DNA from: Candidatus Porisulfidus sp. TsSOB
Lineage (GTDB): Bacteria > Pseudomonadota > Gammaproteobacteria > Poriferisulfidales > Poriferisulfidaceae
DNA length: 64,000 nucleotides
Reading direction: 5' to 3'
Assembly: GCA_002631715.1 (NCBI GenBank)
Contig: MRSX01000002.1
Span: 152,478 to 216,477, forward strand
This document shows positions 9,582 to 18,818 of this stretch, piece after piece; position 1 is the first letter of the stretch; each line of letters begins with the position of its first letter. The position numbers were made by a program, and so were the translations under genes. The notes below the pieces were generated by a model. That model was not told the DNA's origin, searched no databases, and was given only the letters and a program-made list of their open reading frames with translations.

Positions 9582-10609
9582 GCAACGTGTTCGCGCACCA
9601 GTTCGCTGGGATGCCCGGCGCGAGTCCGCAGCGCCGCGACTACGGCTTCATCGTGCGGCGCATTGCCAAGCGCCACGGCGACATTGCGCAGCCACTGGAC
9701 ATGCCCGATGCGGCGCATCGCCGTACCTTCGGTGTGACGCAGGTAGTCTGTTTCTTCCCAAGTCATCATCTCCACAAGCGACGACTTCTCCAGTGCGGCT
9801 CGCGGCTGGAAGTCCTCTACCGAAGCCAGCCGGGCGTAGCGGTTCCATGGGCAGACCAGTTGGCAGTCGTCGCAACCGTAGACCCGGTTGCCGATCAGTG
9901 GCCGAAGCGGCAACGGGATCGAACCCTTGAGCTCAATCGTCAGGTACGAGATGCAACGGCGCGCGTCCAGTTGATACGGCGCGACGATTGCCTGGGTCGG
10001 GCAGACATCGATACAGGCGCGACAATCCCCGCAGTGTTCTTCACGGGTCGGCGGATCGGGGGCCAACGGCAAGTCCGTATAGATCTCACCAAGGAAAAAC
10101 CAGGACCCGGCATCCTTGGCCAGCAGGTTGGTGTGTTTGCCGATCCAGCCCAGCCCGGCACGTTCGGCCAACGCTTTCTCGAGCACCGGTGCGCTGCCGG
10201 TGAACACGCGGTAGCCGAACGGGCCGGCCACCCCTTCGATACGCCGGACCAAGCGCCGCAGGCGGCCTCGCAGCACCTTGTGGTAGTCCCGGCCCAAGGC
10301 GTATCGGGACACGTAGCCACGGGTTGAATCCTCCAATGCCTGTTCCGCGTGATCCAGCCCGTGCGGGAGGTAATTGAGGCGGACCGAAATCACCCGCTGC
10401 GTTCCAGGCACCAACTCCCATGGGCGCGAGCGGCGCACCCCGTGGCGCTGCATGTAGCCCATCTCGCCGTGCCGGCCCTGTTTCAGCCAGTTCAGCAGGT
10501 GCGTCTCGTGCTCTTCCAGATCCAGGTCGGCGATGCCCACCTGATCGAAGCCCAGTTCCCGTCCCCATCGGTGGACGGCACGCGAGAGATCCGGCAGCGA
10601 ATCGGACAT
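9557..10609 (-). CDS. queG: tRNA epoxyqueuosine reductase
   Basis: Two 4Fe-4S ferredoxin motifs (CGDCRACIDVCP and CDDCQLVCPWN) and a QueG-type N-terminal region. Confidence 0.9.
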   Translation of the reverse strand: MSDSLPDLSRAVHRWGRELGFDQVGIADLDLEEHETHLLNWLKQGRHGEMGYMQRHGVRRSRPWELVPGTQRVISVRLNYLPHGLDHAEQALEDSTRGYVSRYALGRDYHKVLRGRLRRLVRRIEGVAGPFGYRVFTGSAPVLEKALAERAGLGWIGKHTNLLAKDAGSWFFLGEIYTDLPLAPDPPTREEHCGDCRACIDVCPTQAIVAPYQLDARRCISYLTIELKGSIPLPLRPLIGNRVYGCDDCQLVCPWNRYARLASVEDFQPRAALEKSSLVEMMTWEETDYLRHTEGTAMRRIGHVQWLRNVAVALGNAPHDEAVVAALRTRAGHPSELVREHVAWALERHA

Positions 10610-10652
10610 GTACAGGTAAGGACCGATGAAAACACGCTACTATACTGCGATT

Positions 10653-12434
10653 GTGTGTGGAATCGCGGGAGAAAGGCATTTCCGGGGACCGGCCGATCCC
10701 GCCCGCATCGCCCGCATGCTCCTCCCTCTAGCCCGCAGGGGACCCGATCACGAGGGCCAGTGGCACCAGGGCCCGGTCGCATTGGGACACCGCCGCCTGT
10801 CGGTCATCGATCTGAATCCTCGGGCGCATCAACCGCTGCTGGATCCCGATTCCGGTCAGGTTCTGGTCTTCAACGGTTGCATCTATAACTACCCGCAGTT
10901 GCGGACACAACTGCAAGAACGCGGTCACCGTTTCCGCACCACGGGGGACAGCGAGGTCATCCTGAAAGCCTATGCCGAATGGGGCGAAATTTGCGTCGAA
11001 CGCCTCCACGGCATGTTTGCCTTCGCCCTGTGGGATCCCCGCGCGGAGCGATTGTTCTTGGCTCGGGATCGGCTGGGCATCAAGCCACTTTATTACCACC
11101 AGGCTCCCGATGCCTTCCGTTTCGCTTCCAACGTGCAGGCCCTGCTCGCCACCAAAGACGTGGACCTCACGCTCGACGAAGTCGCCTTGCACCATCACCT
11201 GAGCCTGCACGCGGTTGTCCCAGCCCCCCACACCCTGCTGCGTTCCATCCGAAAACTTGCACCGGGCCATTACCTGACGGTCGACGCGGACGGTACGGTG
11301 AAAGAGGAAAGCTACTGGCAACTGGATGCGCGGAACCCGGATCCCGCTCGCAACACGGAAGAATGGGTGGAACAGGTGCACGTCGAACTTCGAGAGGCTG
11401 TGCGCAAGCGGATAGAAATCTCCGACATCCCGGTCGGCGTGCTGCTGTCCGGCGGCCTGGACTCCAGCCTTCTGGTTGCCCTGCTGGCCGAACACGGCTC
11501 CTCGCCTATCCGCACCTACAGCATCGGCTTTGAGGATGTGGGCGGAGAAGCCGGGCATGAATTCGAATACTCGGACGCGGTCGCCCGGCACTACGACACC
11601 GAACATCATCGCTACTTCATCCGCAACGACCAGTTGTTGGATCGCTTGGACGAGGCCATTGGCTGCATGAGCGAACCCATGGTGGCCCAGGATGCGGCAG
11701 CGTTCTTCCTGCTGGCGGAACAGGTCAAGACGGATATCTCGGTCGTACAGAGCGGGCAGGGCGCGGACGAAGTGTTTGCCGGCTACTCCTGGTACCCGAA
11801 GATGCACGAGGAACAGGCGGACGGGCTGAATGCCTTCTGCCGCCATTACCTGGACCGCACTCATGATGAGTTCGGCGGAGCACTGGCGCCAGAGTGGATT
11901 GGCGAGGATCATTCCCGGGCCCTGCTCGCAGAGCGGCTCGAATGCGGAGAGGATGTCGAGTTCCTGAATGCCGTGCTGCGCATGGACGCGACCATGCTGA
12001 TCACCGACGACCCGGTCAAGCGGGTCGACAACATGACCATGGCGTGGGGACTTGAGGCACGTGTGCCGTATCTCGACCACCAATTGGTTGAATGCGTCGC
12101 CGGGATGCCGGCGGAACTGAAGCTGCGCGACGGCGGCAAGTACCCGCTGCGCGCCCTGGCCCGGGCGCGGCTGCCGGCAGAAGTGATCGACCGGCCGAAA
12201 GGGTATTTCCCGGTTCCGGCCCTCAAGTACGTGCAGGGACCCTTCCTGGACTGGGCCCGGGAGATTTTGAGCCGGCCCGAATGCTTGAACCGCAGGTTGT
12301 TTCGGAGAGAATACCTTGATCGGTTGCTTCAGGATCCCCTGCGCTATCGAACCGCGCTGGACGGCAGCCTGCTATGGCACGCGGCAGCGCTGGAATGCTG
12401 GTTGCAGCAACACGTCGACGGAATCAGTCCCTGA
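10653..12434 (+). CDS. asnB: asparagine synthase (glutamine-hydrolysing), AsnB family
   Basis: GTG at 10653 makes the class II amidotransferase catalytic Cys the second residue ((M)CGIAG). The synthetase domain carries SGGLDSS PP-loop. Confidence 0.85.
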   Translation: MCGIAGERHFRGPADPARIARMLLPLARRGPDHEGQWHQGPVALGHRRLSVIDLNPRAHQPLLDPDSGQVLVFNGCIYNYPQLRTQLQERGHRFRTTGDSEVILKAYAEWGEICVERLHGMFAFALWDPRAERLFLARDRLGIKPLYYHQAPDAFRFASNVQALLATKDVDLTLDEVALHHHLSLHAVVPAPHTLLRSIRKLAPGHYLTVDADGTVKEESYWQLDARNPDPARNTEEWVEQVHVELREAVRKRIEISDIPVGVLLSGGLDSSLLVALLAEHGSSPIRTYSIGFEDVGGEAGHEFEYSDAVARHYDTEHHRYFIRNDQLLDRLDEAIGCMSEPMVAQDAAAFFLLAEQVKTDISVVQSGQGADEVFAGYSWYPKMHEEQADGLNAFCRHYLDRTHDEFGGALAPEWIGEDHSRALLAERLECGEDVEFLNAVLRMDATMLITDDPVKRVDNMTMAWGLEARVPYLDHQLVECVAGMPAELKLRDGGKYPLRALARARLPAEVIDRPKGYFPVPALKYVQGPFLDWAREILSRPECLNRRLFRREYLDRLLQDPLRYRTALDGSLLWHAAALECWLQQHVDGISP

Positions 12435-12453
12435 CACGGGAATTTGGGAATCG

Positions 12454-12948
12454 TCAGGCCGGGTTTTTGGGCGTGTCTACCTCGCGCAAGGTGCAGACGG
12501 CAGGACCCAATTCCTGCCAAGAACCGCAGTCCACATCCAGGCGAACCACCGCACAGGTGGGGAGGTCGTTCAAGACTTGATTGGCCAGGTACGCGGCAAC
12601 TCCGCTGGTCGCAGGATTATGGCTGAAAACCGCAACCCGGTCAGCGGCATCGTCCAGTTCGCGTAATTCGCGCAGCAGGTCATTGGGTGAGAAGGTGTAG
12701 AAGCCCTTCCGCAGGCGGATGTCCGCCGCATCCATGCCCAGCGCCTCAGCGAAATGTTCCGCAGTGTCCAACGCCCGGCGGGCAACCGAACTGTAAAGGG
12801 CGTCAATGCCCTCTTGGCGGTCTGCCAGCCGCCGCCCCATTTCCGGTGCATCCCGTTCCCCTCTCGGAGCCAGCGGACGTTCAACATCCGGGACGCTCCA
12901 ATCACTGCGATCAGACTTGGCGTGACGGATGAGGATCAGTTGGCGCAC
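12454..12948 (-). CDS. sixA: histidine phosphatase superfamily protein (SixA-like phosphohistidine phosphatase)
   Basis: LILIRHAKS catalytic RHG-type motif; 164 aa. Confidence 0.7.
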   Translation of the reverse strand: MRQLILIRHAKSDRSDWSVPDVERPLAPRGERDAPEMGRRLADRQEGIDALYSSVARRALDTAEHFAEALGMDAADIRLRKGFYTFSPNDLLRELRELDDAADRVAVFSHNPATSGVAAYLANQVLNDLPTCAVVRLDVDCGSWQELGPAVCTLREVDTPKNPA

Positions 12949-13008
12949 GAAAATAAAACCTGAATCAATGACGGTTCATCATACAAGCATGGCAGTACGA
13001 TTACGTGT

Positions 13009-13860
13009 TCAATGCAGATCATGGGCCAAAGTCGCCAGCACTTGGTCGCAGGCCACCAGCCCCCACAGATGCCCCACCTTCGGGATAACGGTCAAATAGG
13101 AACCGGGAAACATGCGCGAATAAATGAACGCAGCTTTTGGCACAATCACTTTGTCCTCCGCCCCGTGCCAGATCCGCACCGGCGCATCCAGAGCAATCGG
13201 TGAAGAGGGGCGTTCGCGATAAAAGTTCCTCGCCTCAAAAGCGGTCGCGCGCCCGCTCCAGAGGACCCCGGCAATGCCTTTAGTCAAGCATCGGCGAATT
13301 TCCCGGTCCTTCAGGGCCTGACGATCACTGCGATCGAGACCGGGACCAATCAGGAACCGGGAAAAATTCGGTACAGTTACCGCGGGAATCGCGATCGCCA
13401 AAAACACCAATCGAGCCACCGGGATGCTGACATTCGCCAGTTTCATCAAAATCCGGTGCCCCGGGCCGGGCTGTACGCCTTGCACATGCGCGCTGACCAG
13501 GGTCAAGGCCCGAATCCGGAGCGACTCCTGCCTAGCCACTTCCGCCGCATAGGGACCCCCGCCGGAAAAACCGAGCACCCCGAATTTCTCCACCCCGAGA
13601 TGATCCAGCAAGGCGACCGCATCCTCAATATGCCCCGCGAGACTGTGATCGGGACGGTCATCCGAACCTCCGACACCTGCCCGGTCCGGCGCAATCAGGC
13701 GCAATCCATGTTTCCGGGCCGAAGCGTCGCCCAGCGAAAAGATGTGCCGGGTTCCGGGCGTGCCATGCAAACCCAAAACCGCAATGCCATCGGGATCACC
13801 ATATTCGGCATAGGCCAGCACCCGTCCGTCTGGCAGATTCATGCTCAAATTTTCATTCAT
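13009..13860 (-). CDS. alpha/beta hydrolase fold protein
   Basis: HGTPG oxyanion motif and a GFSGGG nucleophile elbow (GxSxG). Its start overlaps the stop of the upstream 362-aa ORF by 8 nt. Confidence 0.75.
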   Translation of the reverse strand: MNENLSMNLPDGRVLAYAEYGDPDGIAVLGLHGTPGTRHIFSLGDASARKHGLRLIAPDRAGVGGSDDRPDHSLAGHIEDAVALLDHLGVEKFGVLGFSGGGPYAAEVARQESLRIRALTLVSAHVQGVQPGPGHRILMKLANVSIPVARLVFLAIAIPAVTVPNFSRFLIGPGLDRSDRQALKDREIRRCLTKGIAGVLWSGRATAFEARNFYRERPSSPIALDAPVRIWHGAEDKVIVPKAAFIYSRMFPGSYLTVIPKVGHLWGLVACDQVLATLAHDLH

Positions 13861-14941
13861 GATCGGCCAAGCATTCCAAATGTTTCCTGATCGGCTGGAC
13901 GACCGGTTCGATTCGCCGGCGCATGACCGACCCTACCGCATCGCTGACACCGAAAATCGGGTCCAGCAATCGTTCCCCCACCCGGGCCAGACACAACACG
14001 GAACGGCGGAGCTCGGAGAGGTCCGCATCCTCTTCCCAAGGTGCCTGGGACGGCAGGGCGCCAACCTCCTTTTCCAGCTCAGCAAACGTGCGGAACGAGG
14101 CGGTGGCACCGGGCAGGGAAAATCCCTGTCCGATCGCGTTCAGCAAGGCCACCACCACGTCCTGGTTGGGCGGACGTGCGAGCGCCTTTCGGGTGGCCGC
14201 AAGGAAGCCCTGCCCGGACACGTCCAAAGCCCACAGCAGACACTGCGAGAGAGGATCTTTGGAATCCTTGCCGATTGCTGTCTGGGCTTCTTCAAGTTTC
14301 GGGTGCGATGGGTGCGTTTCCGGCAAACACTCGGCGCCAGCCGACAAAAACCCCACCATGTAGGTGGACTGCCTCTGGGCGCGCTGCCACAAGGCGGACC
14401 TCCGCTCTTCGGTCAAGGAGGCATGCCGCAGCAGGCGCTGCAGCGAGGCGATGACATCGCCCGGGCGTTCTTCGAACGGCAAAAATTCAAGAAGAAACTC
14501 CACCAGTGTCGCACCCAACGTGCTGTCGGCAACCGCCGGGCTGTCCAGCATCCGTCGGGCATGTTCGGAGTTCGGTTCCACCCACCAGGCGCGCCGCGCA
14601 AGCTCTTCCGTAAGCCCCGGCGCGTGCACCACTGCTGCGACCGCTTCCGGCTCGCCCAACAGCAGCAACCGCTCCAGCGAACCGTCACGCGCCTGACCCA
14701 TCCGGGTCCAGCGCCGGATGTATAGCGGGTAGCCGCCCGGAGAACCCAGGATCCGGGTGGAAAGCATGGCACGCACTTCGCGCAGATAGGATTCCGGACG
14801 GGTGTTCGGGTGCAGCGCCACTCGCGCTTCTCCCTGGTCGGTCAAGGCTTCCAAGCACATCCTAGACTCATCGATGCGGACCGCCTGCAACGGCTGGGTT
14901 AGCAGCACGTTCATGCGCAACAGGTCGGCTTCGGCCAGCAC
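13853..14941 (-). CDS. hypothetical protein (362 aa, predicted all-alpha, no recognisable domain), member of the MoxR/VWA operon
   Basis: Long ORF packed between the VWA gene (4-nt gap) and the hydrolase gene (8-nt overlap). Leu/Ala/Arg-rich. Confidence 0.55.
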   Translation of the reverse strand: MLAEADLLRMNVLLTQPLQAVRIDESRMCLEALTDQGEARVALHPNTRPESYLREVRAMLSTRILGSPGGYPLYIRRWTRMGQARDGSLERLLLLGEPEAVAAVVHAPGLTEELARRAWWVEPNSEHARRMLDSPAVADSTLGATLVEFLLEFLPFEERPGDVIASLQRLLRHASLTEERRSALWQRAQRQSTYMVGFLSAGAECLPETHPSHPKLEEAQTAIGKDSKDPLSQCLLWALDVSGQGFLAATRKALARPPNQDVVVALLNAIGQGFSLPGATASFRTFAELEKEVGALPSQAPWEEDADLSELRRSVLCLARVGERLLDPIFGVSDAVGSVMRRRIEPVVQPIRKHLECLADHE

Positions 14942-14945
14942 TGCG

Positions 14946-16079
14946 TCAGTTCAGCTGGATTCTCTCGCCCCACGGCACGGAAGCGCGGCCCTTGACCAGC
15001 CACAACACCGGATAAGGCGGCTGGGCTTCCGGGTAGCGGCCCTGGGCATCCGTGAAATACAGCAGCAGGTCCGGCATGCGGTCCTGCCCATTGACCCACT
15101 CGAAGACCGGGCGGAACGAGGTGCCGCCGCCGCCGCTGACTTTCGTCGGCGGCTCCAGTGTCTCCCAGGGTTCAAAGACTTTCGGGCTGTCCGAAGACAA
15201 CTCCTGGTCACATGCGAGCAATGTGATGCGGGCCCGCAAGGTCCCCTTGATCGCATTCACCTCGCCAACGAACTCCGCGATTTCAGTATCCGAAACCGAG
15301 CCGCTGACGTCCAACGCGGTGACGAGGTCGATTTCGCGTCCACGAAGGCTGGGATAGATCGCAGGTCCCTCCCGGCGCGTAGAAGTCCGCTGGTAACTGT
15401 AGTCGTCGCGGGCCAATGCGCCGGTATAGCGGGCGAGCAGTTGCCGCCACGGCAGGCGCGGCATCAACTGCGGGGAGAAATGGCGTTCAAAATTCCCGGA
15501 CAACCGCCCGGCCTGCCGGGTTGCGTCCAGGGCGCGGGAAACCCGGGCCTGCCAGGTCGCTGCCATGGCATTCTGTTTGGCCTGACTGAGCGGGCGGGGC
15601 CCTGCCATCGAATCTTCTTGTCCCGACGAATCGCCGTACAGGTGCAGGTCTTGGGTCCGCTTGTCCTCCATCTCGTCGAGGCAGGGATAGATTTCCTCCG
15701 CGGTAAGGTCCGCGAACTTGGGCTCGTACAGGGCACCTTGGGGAAGCATCATGTCTTCGGCGACCAACAGGCAATTCACCGCGTAGTCGCAGGCGACATC
15801 CCAGCGCCCGCGCGCCCGGTGCCCTCGCCGATGCAGGTGAAGCAAGGCGCAATGGAGAGCCTCATGGCACAGCACCGACTGGACTTCCTCGCCGGTCAGG
15901 CGGTCGATGTAGGCCGGGTTGTAGTAGAAGCTTTGCGTGTCGGTGGCCGTGGTGCGGCACCAATCTCCCCCTTCCACCAGCGGCAGTTGCAGCACCAGGG
16001 CGCCAAGAAAAGGCCGATCCAGAACCAGCCGGGTACGGGCTTGTGCCAGCCGGGTCTTCGCGTCGCGCGTCGCCGGCAT
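14946..16079 (-). CDS. DUF2201-type protein: N-terminal HEXXH metallopeptidase-like domain plus C-terminal von Willebrand A-like domain
   Basis: HEALH motif. The N-terminus resembles DUF2201_N (LVLDRPFLGALVLQLPLVE...YYNPAYI). The ATG at 16079 overlaps the MoxR stop (ATGA). The track ORF extends to 16118. Confidence 0.75.
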   Translation of the reverse strand: MPATRDAKTRLAQARTRLVLDRPFLGALVLQLPLVEGGDWCRTTATDTQSFYYNPAYIDRLTGEEVQSVLCHEALHCALLHLHRRGHRARGRWDVACDYAVNCLLVAEDMMLPQGALYEPKFADLTAEEIYPCLDEMEDKRTQDLHLYGDSSGQEDSMAGPRPLSQAKQNAMAATWQARVSRALDATRQAGRLSGNFERHFSPQLMPRLPWRQLLARYTGALARDDYSYQRTSTRREGPAIYPSLRGREIDLVTALDVSGSVSDTEIAEFVGEVNAIKGTLRARITLLACDQELSSDSPKVFEPWETLEPPTKVSGGGGTSFRPVFEWVNGQDRMPDLLLYFTDAQGRYPEAQPPYPVLWLVKGRASVPWGERIQLN

Positions 16080-17125
16080 CAGTCGTAGACCAGCAGTTCC
16101 GCGACTTGATCCGCCCAAGGTTTGAATTCCGGTGCGCCGAAGACCGCCTCTTCACCAACCCCGCGCATCAGGTCGCAGACCAGCATGACGCCGATTTCGC
16201 GTTGCGGGAACTGTCCGGCGTAGGCCAGGATCGGGCCCAGCACTGTCTCAAGCTTCGATTCACCATTGGCGCGCACGGCCCGGCCGACCAGCGCAGCGGC
16301 GACAGCGTACTGGAGATCCACCGACTCGGGGATTGTTGTGTCCTTGCCTGCCAGCACGTCATCCAAGTCCGGCAATTCCGCAGCATGCTGCACGAAAGCA
16401 TGCAACTGCATCCCTGCTGCCGGACCCACGCAGGCCTGGAGCGACTCGCCCAGCACCAAGGGATCAGACTCGAATTTGCGCAATGCCCGATGTGCGAACT
16501 CCCAGGATCGCGGGGTGGGAAATGCACTGGGATTGTGCTCGGCGTCGAAATCGAACAGAAGTTCCGGGCGCAATCGCAGGAAGCCGATCACCCGGTCGTC
16601 GATCCTTTCTCCATAAGCCCATTGCACCCAGTCGTCCAAGTGCACTTCAATCTCGAAGTGCGAAAAGCGGTTGGCCAGCGGCGACGGCATCACATAGGTC
16701 ACGCCGCGGTCGCCCTGGCGGTTGCCGGCGGCGAAGATGGCCCAGCCGTCCGGGACCTGGTAGTGGCCGAGGCGGCGGTCCAGGATCAACTGGTAGGCGG
16801 CAGCAGAAACGGTCGGCGCGGCCGAAGTGATTTCATCCAGGAACAGGATTCCGTTCGGCCCGTGGCGATCCGTGTTCGGCAGCATGGCCGGAATCGCCCA
16901 ATCCACCGTATCGTCAACTCGAAAAGGGATTCCGCGCAAATCGCTCGGCTCCATTTGCGACAGGCGGATGTCGATCATCGGGGCCGCATGGCGGTCGGCG
17001 ACCTGCGCCACGATCTGCGACTTGCCCACGCCGGGCGGTCCCCAGATCATGGCTGGCGTATGGTGCCCTTGAGCCGCACTGCGGAACTCCTCTTCCAGCA
17101 CCCGGGCGAGTTGGGACGGACGCAT
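16079..17125 (-). CDS. MoxR-family AAA+ ATPase (AAA_5/CbbQ-NorQ-like)
   Basis: Walker A GPPGVGKS, Walker B ILFLDEITSA, sensor/arginine finger region; 348 aa. Confidence 0.8.
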   Translation of the reverse strand: MRPSQLARVLEEEFRSAAQGHHTPAMIWGPPGVGKSQIVAQVADRHAAPMIDIRLSQMEPSDLRGIPFRVDDTVDWAIPAMLPNTDRHGPNGILFLDEITSAAPTVSAAAYQLILDRRLGHYQVPDGWAIFAAGNRQGDRGVTYVMPSPLANRFSHFEIEVHLDDWVQWAYGERIDDRVIGFLRLRPELLFDFDAEHNPSAFPTPRSWEFAHRALRKFESDPLVLGESLQACVGPAAGMQLHAFVQHAAELPDLDDVLAGKDTTIPESVDLQYAVAAALVGRAVRANGESKLETVLGPILAYAGQFPQREIGVMLVCDLMRGVGEEAVFGAPEFKPWADQVAELLVYD

Positions 17126-17130
17126 GTCGA

Positions 17131-17556
17131 TCAGAACCCGGCTTTCTTGTACAAGGCGCGGGCTCGCTCCGTATCCTGCGGCACCAGCTTCCCTTCCTCG
17201 TACATCATGGCCAGCGTAGTCAGGGAGCCCGCCAAACCCTGTTCCGCCGCTTTCTCGTACCAGTACACGGCTTTCTCTCCATTCTGTTCAACACATTCGC
17301 CTTCCATGTACATGAACCCCAGACCGTGCTGCGCGAGCGCCAAACCCGACTCGGCCGCTGCAGTCATCCAGGCGAATGCCCGTTCGGCATCCACCACGCA
17401 GCCCAATCCATTCTGGCACATGATCGCGCATCGGTACTGGGCCTCCGGCTCCCCTGCATCAGCCAACGGGGTCAACAACTGGAGCGCGCGCGAAAACTGC
17501 TTCGATGCGAATGCCGCGATGCCGCTTTGCAGGCTCAACTGGGTCGATTCGTCCAT
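17131..17556 (-). CDS. Sel1-repeat (TPR-like) protein
   Basis: Four Sel1-like repeats (AQYRCAIMCQNGLG / AFAWMTAAAESG / AQHGLGFMYMEG / AVYWYEKAAEQG). Confidence 0.75.
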   Translation of the reverse strand: MDESTQLSLQSGIAAFASKQFSRALQLLTPLADAGEPEAQYRCAIMCQNGLGCVVDAERAFAWMTAAAESGLALAQHGLGFMYMEGECVEQNGEKAVYWYEKAAEQGLAGSLTTLAMMYEEGKLVPQDTERARALYKKAGF

Positions 17557-17558
17557 CG

Positions 17559-18608
17559 CTACAACCCCGCTTCGAAACGTGCCCGTGCCCGACCGCTGTC
17601 GATGGCCTCGCAGGCGGCCGGATAGTGGCGTTGGATGTCCCGGCTGCCGTCGAGATGCGCCAGGATCATCCCCGCCGCATACTGGAGGCTGTCCTTGGCC
17701 GGCCCCGCCTGTCCGCCCAACGCCGCAAGCCCGATCTCGGCCGCGGCCTGCGCTATCTGCTCCACCGACATATCCGAATCCGGTAGGGGCACCGCACGGC
17801 TGTCATGCACGAAATCCAAATCGTCGGCATGGAAATCCCACTCCGTCTCTTCGTCCTTCCCGTGAAGTCCGAAGGCCTTTCCGGCCTGCTTGAGCGAAGG
17901 AAAGATGCCGCCTTCCACGCCACGCACGATCAACGCGGAATCGAATCCCGCCGCGCGGGCCAAGTGTGCGTAAACCGGCGGGTAGGGCTTGTGCACGTAG
18001 CCGGTAACGAGGTGGGTTGCCTCGCGGCCGCGCACTGGTGCGAGCAGCACCTCTACGGTCGTCAGCACCGGCCGCTTGACGATGCGGGTGCGGAATTCCA
18101 GCAACTGGTGCAGGGCGGGACAGAACTGCGATTGATCAACGTAGCTCCAGCCGCATTCGGCTTCCCCCACCCGTGCAGCGGCTTCCCGGGTCGGGCGGTC
18201 CACATCCGCCCCGCAGGCACGCAGGATTTGCCGCGGCGTTACCCCGAATTTCGGTCCGACCGTCTCGGCACCATGGCAAATCGAAGGTGCCCCGCAGGCG
18301 CTCAGTACGGCCGGCAGGAACGCCCCCATCGGCAGCCCGCGCACGAAACCGTCGTACGGTTCCGCCACATCCACAACCTGTGCGACATCCGCCACCTCCG
18401 GCACAGTGTGGTCATGCAGTGCCTCGAGCGCCCCGGTGTTTTCTTCCAAGGTTTCCCGCTTCATGCGCAATGCAATGAAGAAAATCCCCGCCTGCACCGG
18501 ATCCGCCTGCCCGTTCAGGATCAGGTTCAGTGCGGCGCGTGCCTCTTCCTGCGGGAGGTCCTTGCTGTACTCGGGTCCGGTTGCAATGCGCTGCAGAACG
18601 CTGCGCAT
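17559..18608 (-). CDS. TrpD2/YbiB-family protein (anthranilate phosphoribosyltransferase-like fold, nucleic-acid binding)
   Basis: From Met16 (18608) the N-terminus aligns residue-for-residue with E. coli YbiB (MRSVLQRIATGPEYSKDLPQEEARAALNLILNG versus MDYRKIIKEIGRGKNHARDLDRDTARGLYAHMLNG). No TrpD GTGGDG catalytic motif. Confidence 0.7.
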   Translation of the reverse strand: MRSVLQRIATGPEYSKDLPQEEARAALNLILNGQADPVQAGIFFIALRMKRETLEENTGALEALHDHTVPEVADVAQVVDVAEPYDGFVRGLPMGAFLPAVLSACGAPSICHGAETVGPKFGVTPRQILRACGADVDRPTREAAARVGEAECGWSYVDQSQFCPALHQLLEFRTRIVKRPVLTTVEVLLAPVRGREATHLVTGYVHKPYPPVYAHLARAAGFDSALIVRGVEGGIFPSLKQAGKAFGLHGKDEETEWDFHADDLDFVHDSRAVPLPDSDMSVEQIAQAAAEIGLAALGGQAGPAKDSLQYAAGMILAHLDGSRDIQRHYPAACEAIDSGRARARFEAGL

Positions 18609-18666
18609 GAAAGCTTGCGGTTCAGTCTGTGCAGCGGTGGCTGGATCGCTCATCAGTATCCGAAAG

Positions 18667-18740
18667 TGGAGCGGGTGAAGGGAATCGAACCCTCGTTATC
18701 AGCTTGGGAAGCTGAAGTTCTACCATTGAACTACACCCGC
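18667..18740 (-). tRNA. tRNA-Gly (anticodon CCC)
   Basis: Reverse complement reads GCGGGTGTAGTTCAATGGTAGAAC...TTCCCAA...GGTTCGATTCCC...CACCCGCTCCA. This gives a cloverleaf with a 7-bp acceptor stem, a T-loop and a CCC anticodon. Confidence 0.85.
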
Positions 18741-18818
18741 TTGAGTTTTATTCTACTTGGTGTAATCCCGGAAGCATCTTCTCGTGGAGTGGTGCGCACG
18801 GCAGACTTTGCCCTGCGG

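Noticed and set aside
10728-12083. 451-aa ORF on the minus strand
   Set aside because: Antisense to asnB, whose identity is secure from the catalytic Cys2 and the PP-loop.
14802-16088. 428-aa ORF on the plus strand
   Set aside because: Antisense to the HEXXH/VWA gene; low-complexity Arg/Gly/Ala-rich product.
16043-17893. 616-aa ORF on the plus strand
   Set aside because: Antisense to the MoxR ATPase and Sel1 genes. It has a Pro/Arg/Ser-rich low-complexity translation typical of GC-rich antisense frames.
18609-18666. LexA box upstream of the YbiB-like gene
   Set aside because: No CTGT-N8-ACAG motif is present in the 58-nt spacer between the tRNA and the gene.
18741-18818. Possible integrated-island boundary at tRNA-Gly
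   Set aside because: I found no integrase, no direct repeat of the tRNA 3' end, and no obvious compositional shift. tRNA adjacency alone is insufficient, so it is kept only as context for the operon finding.
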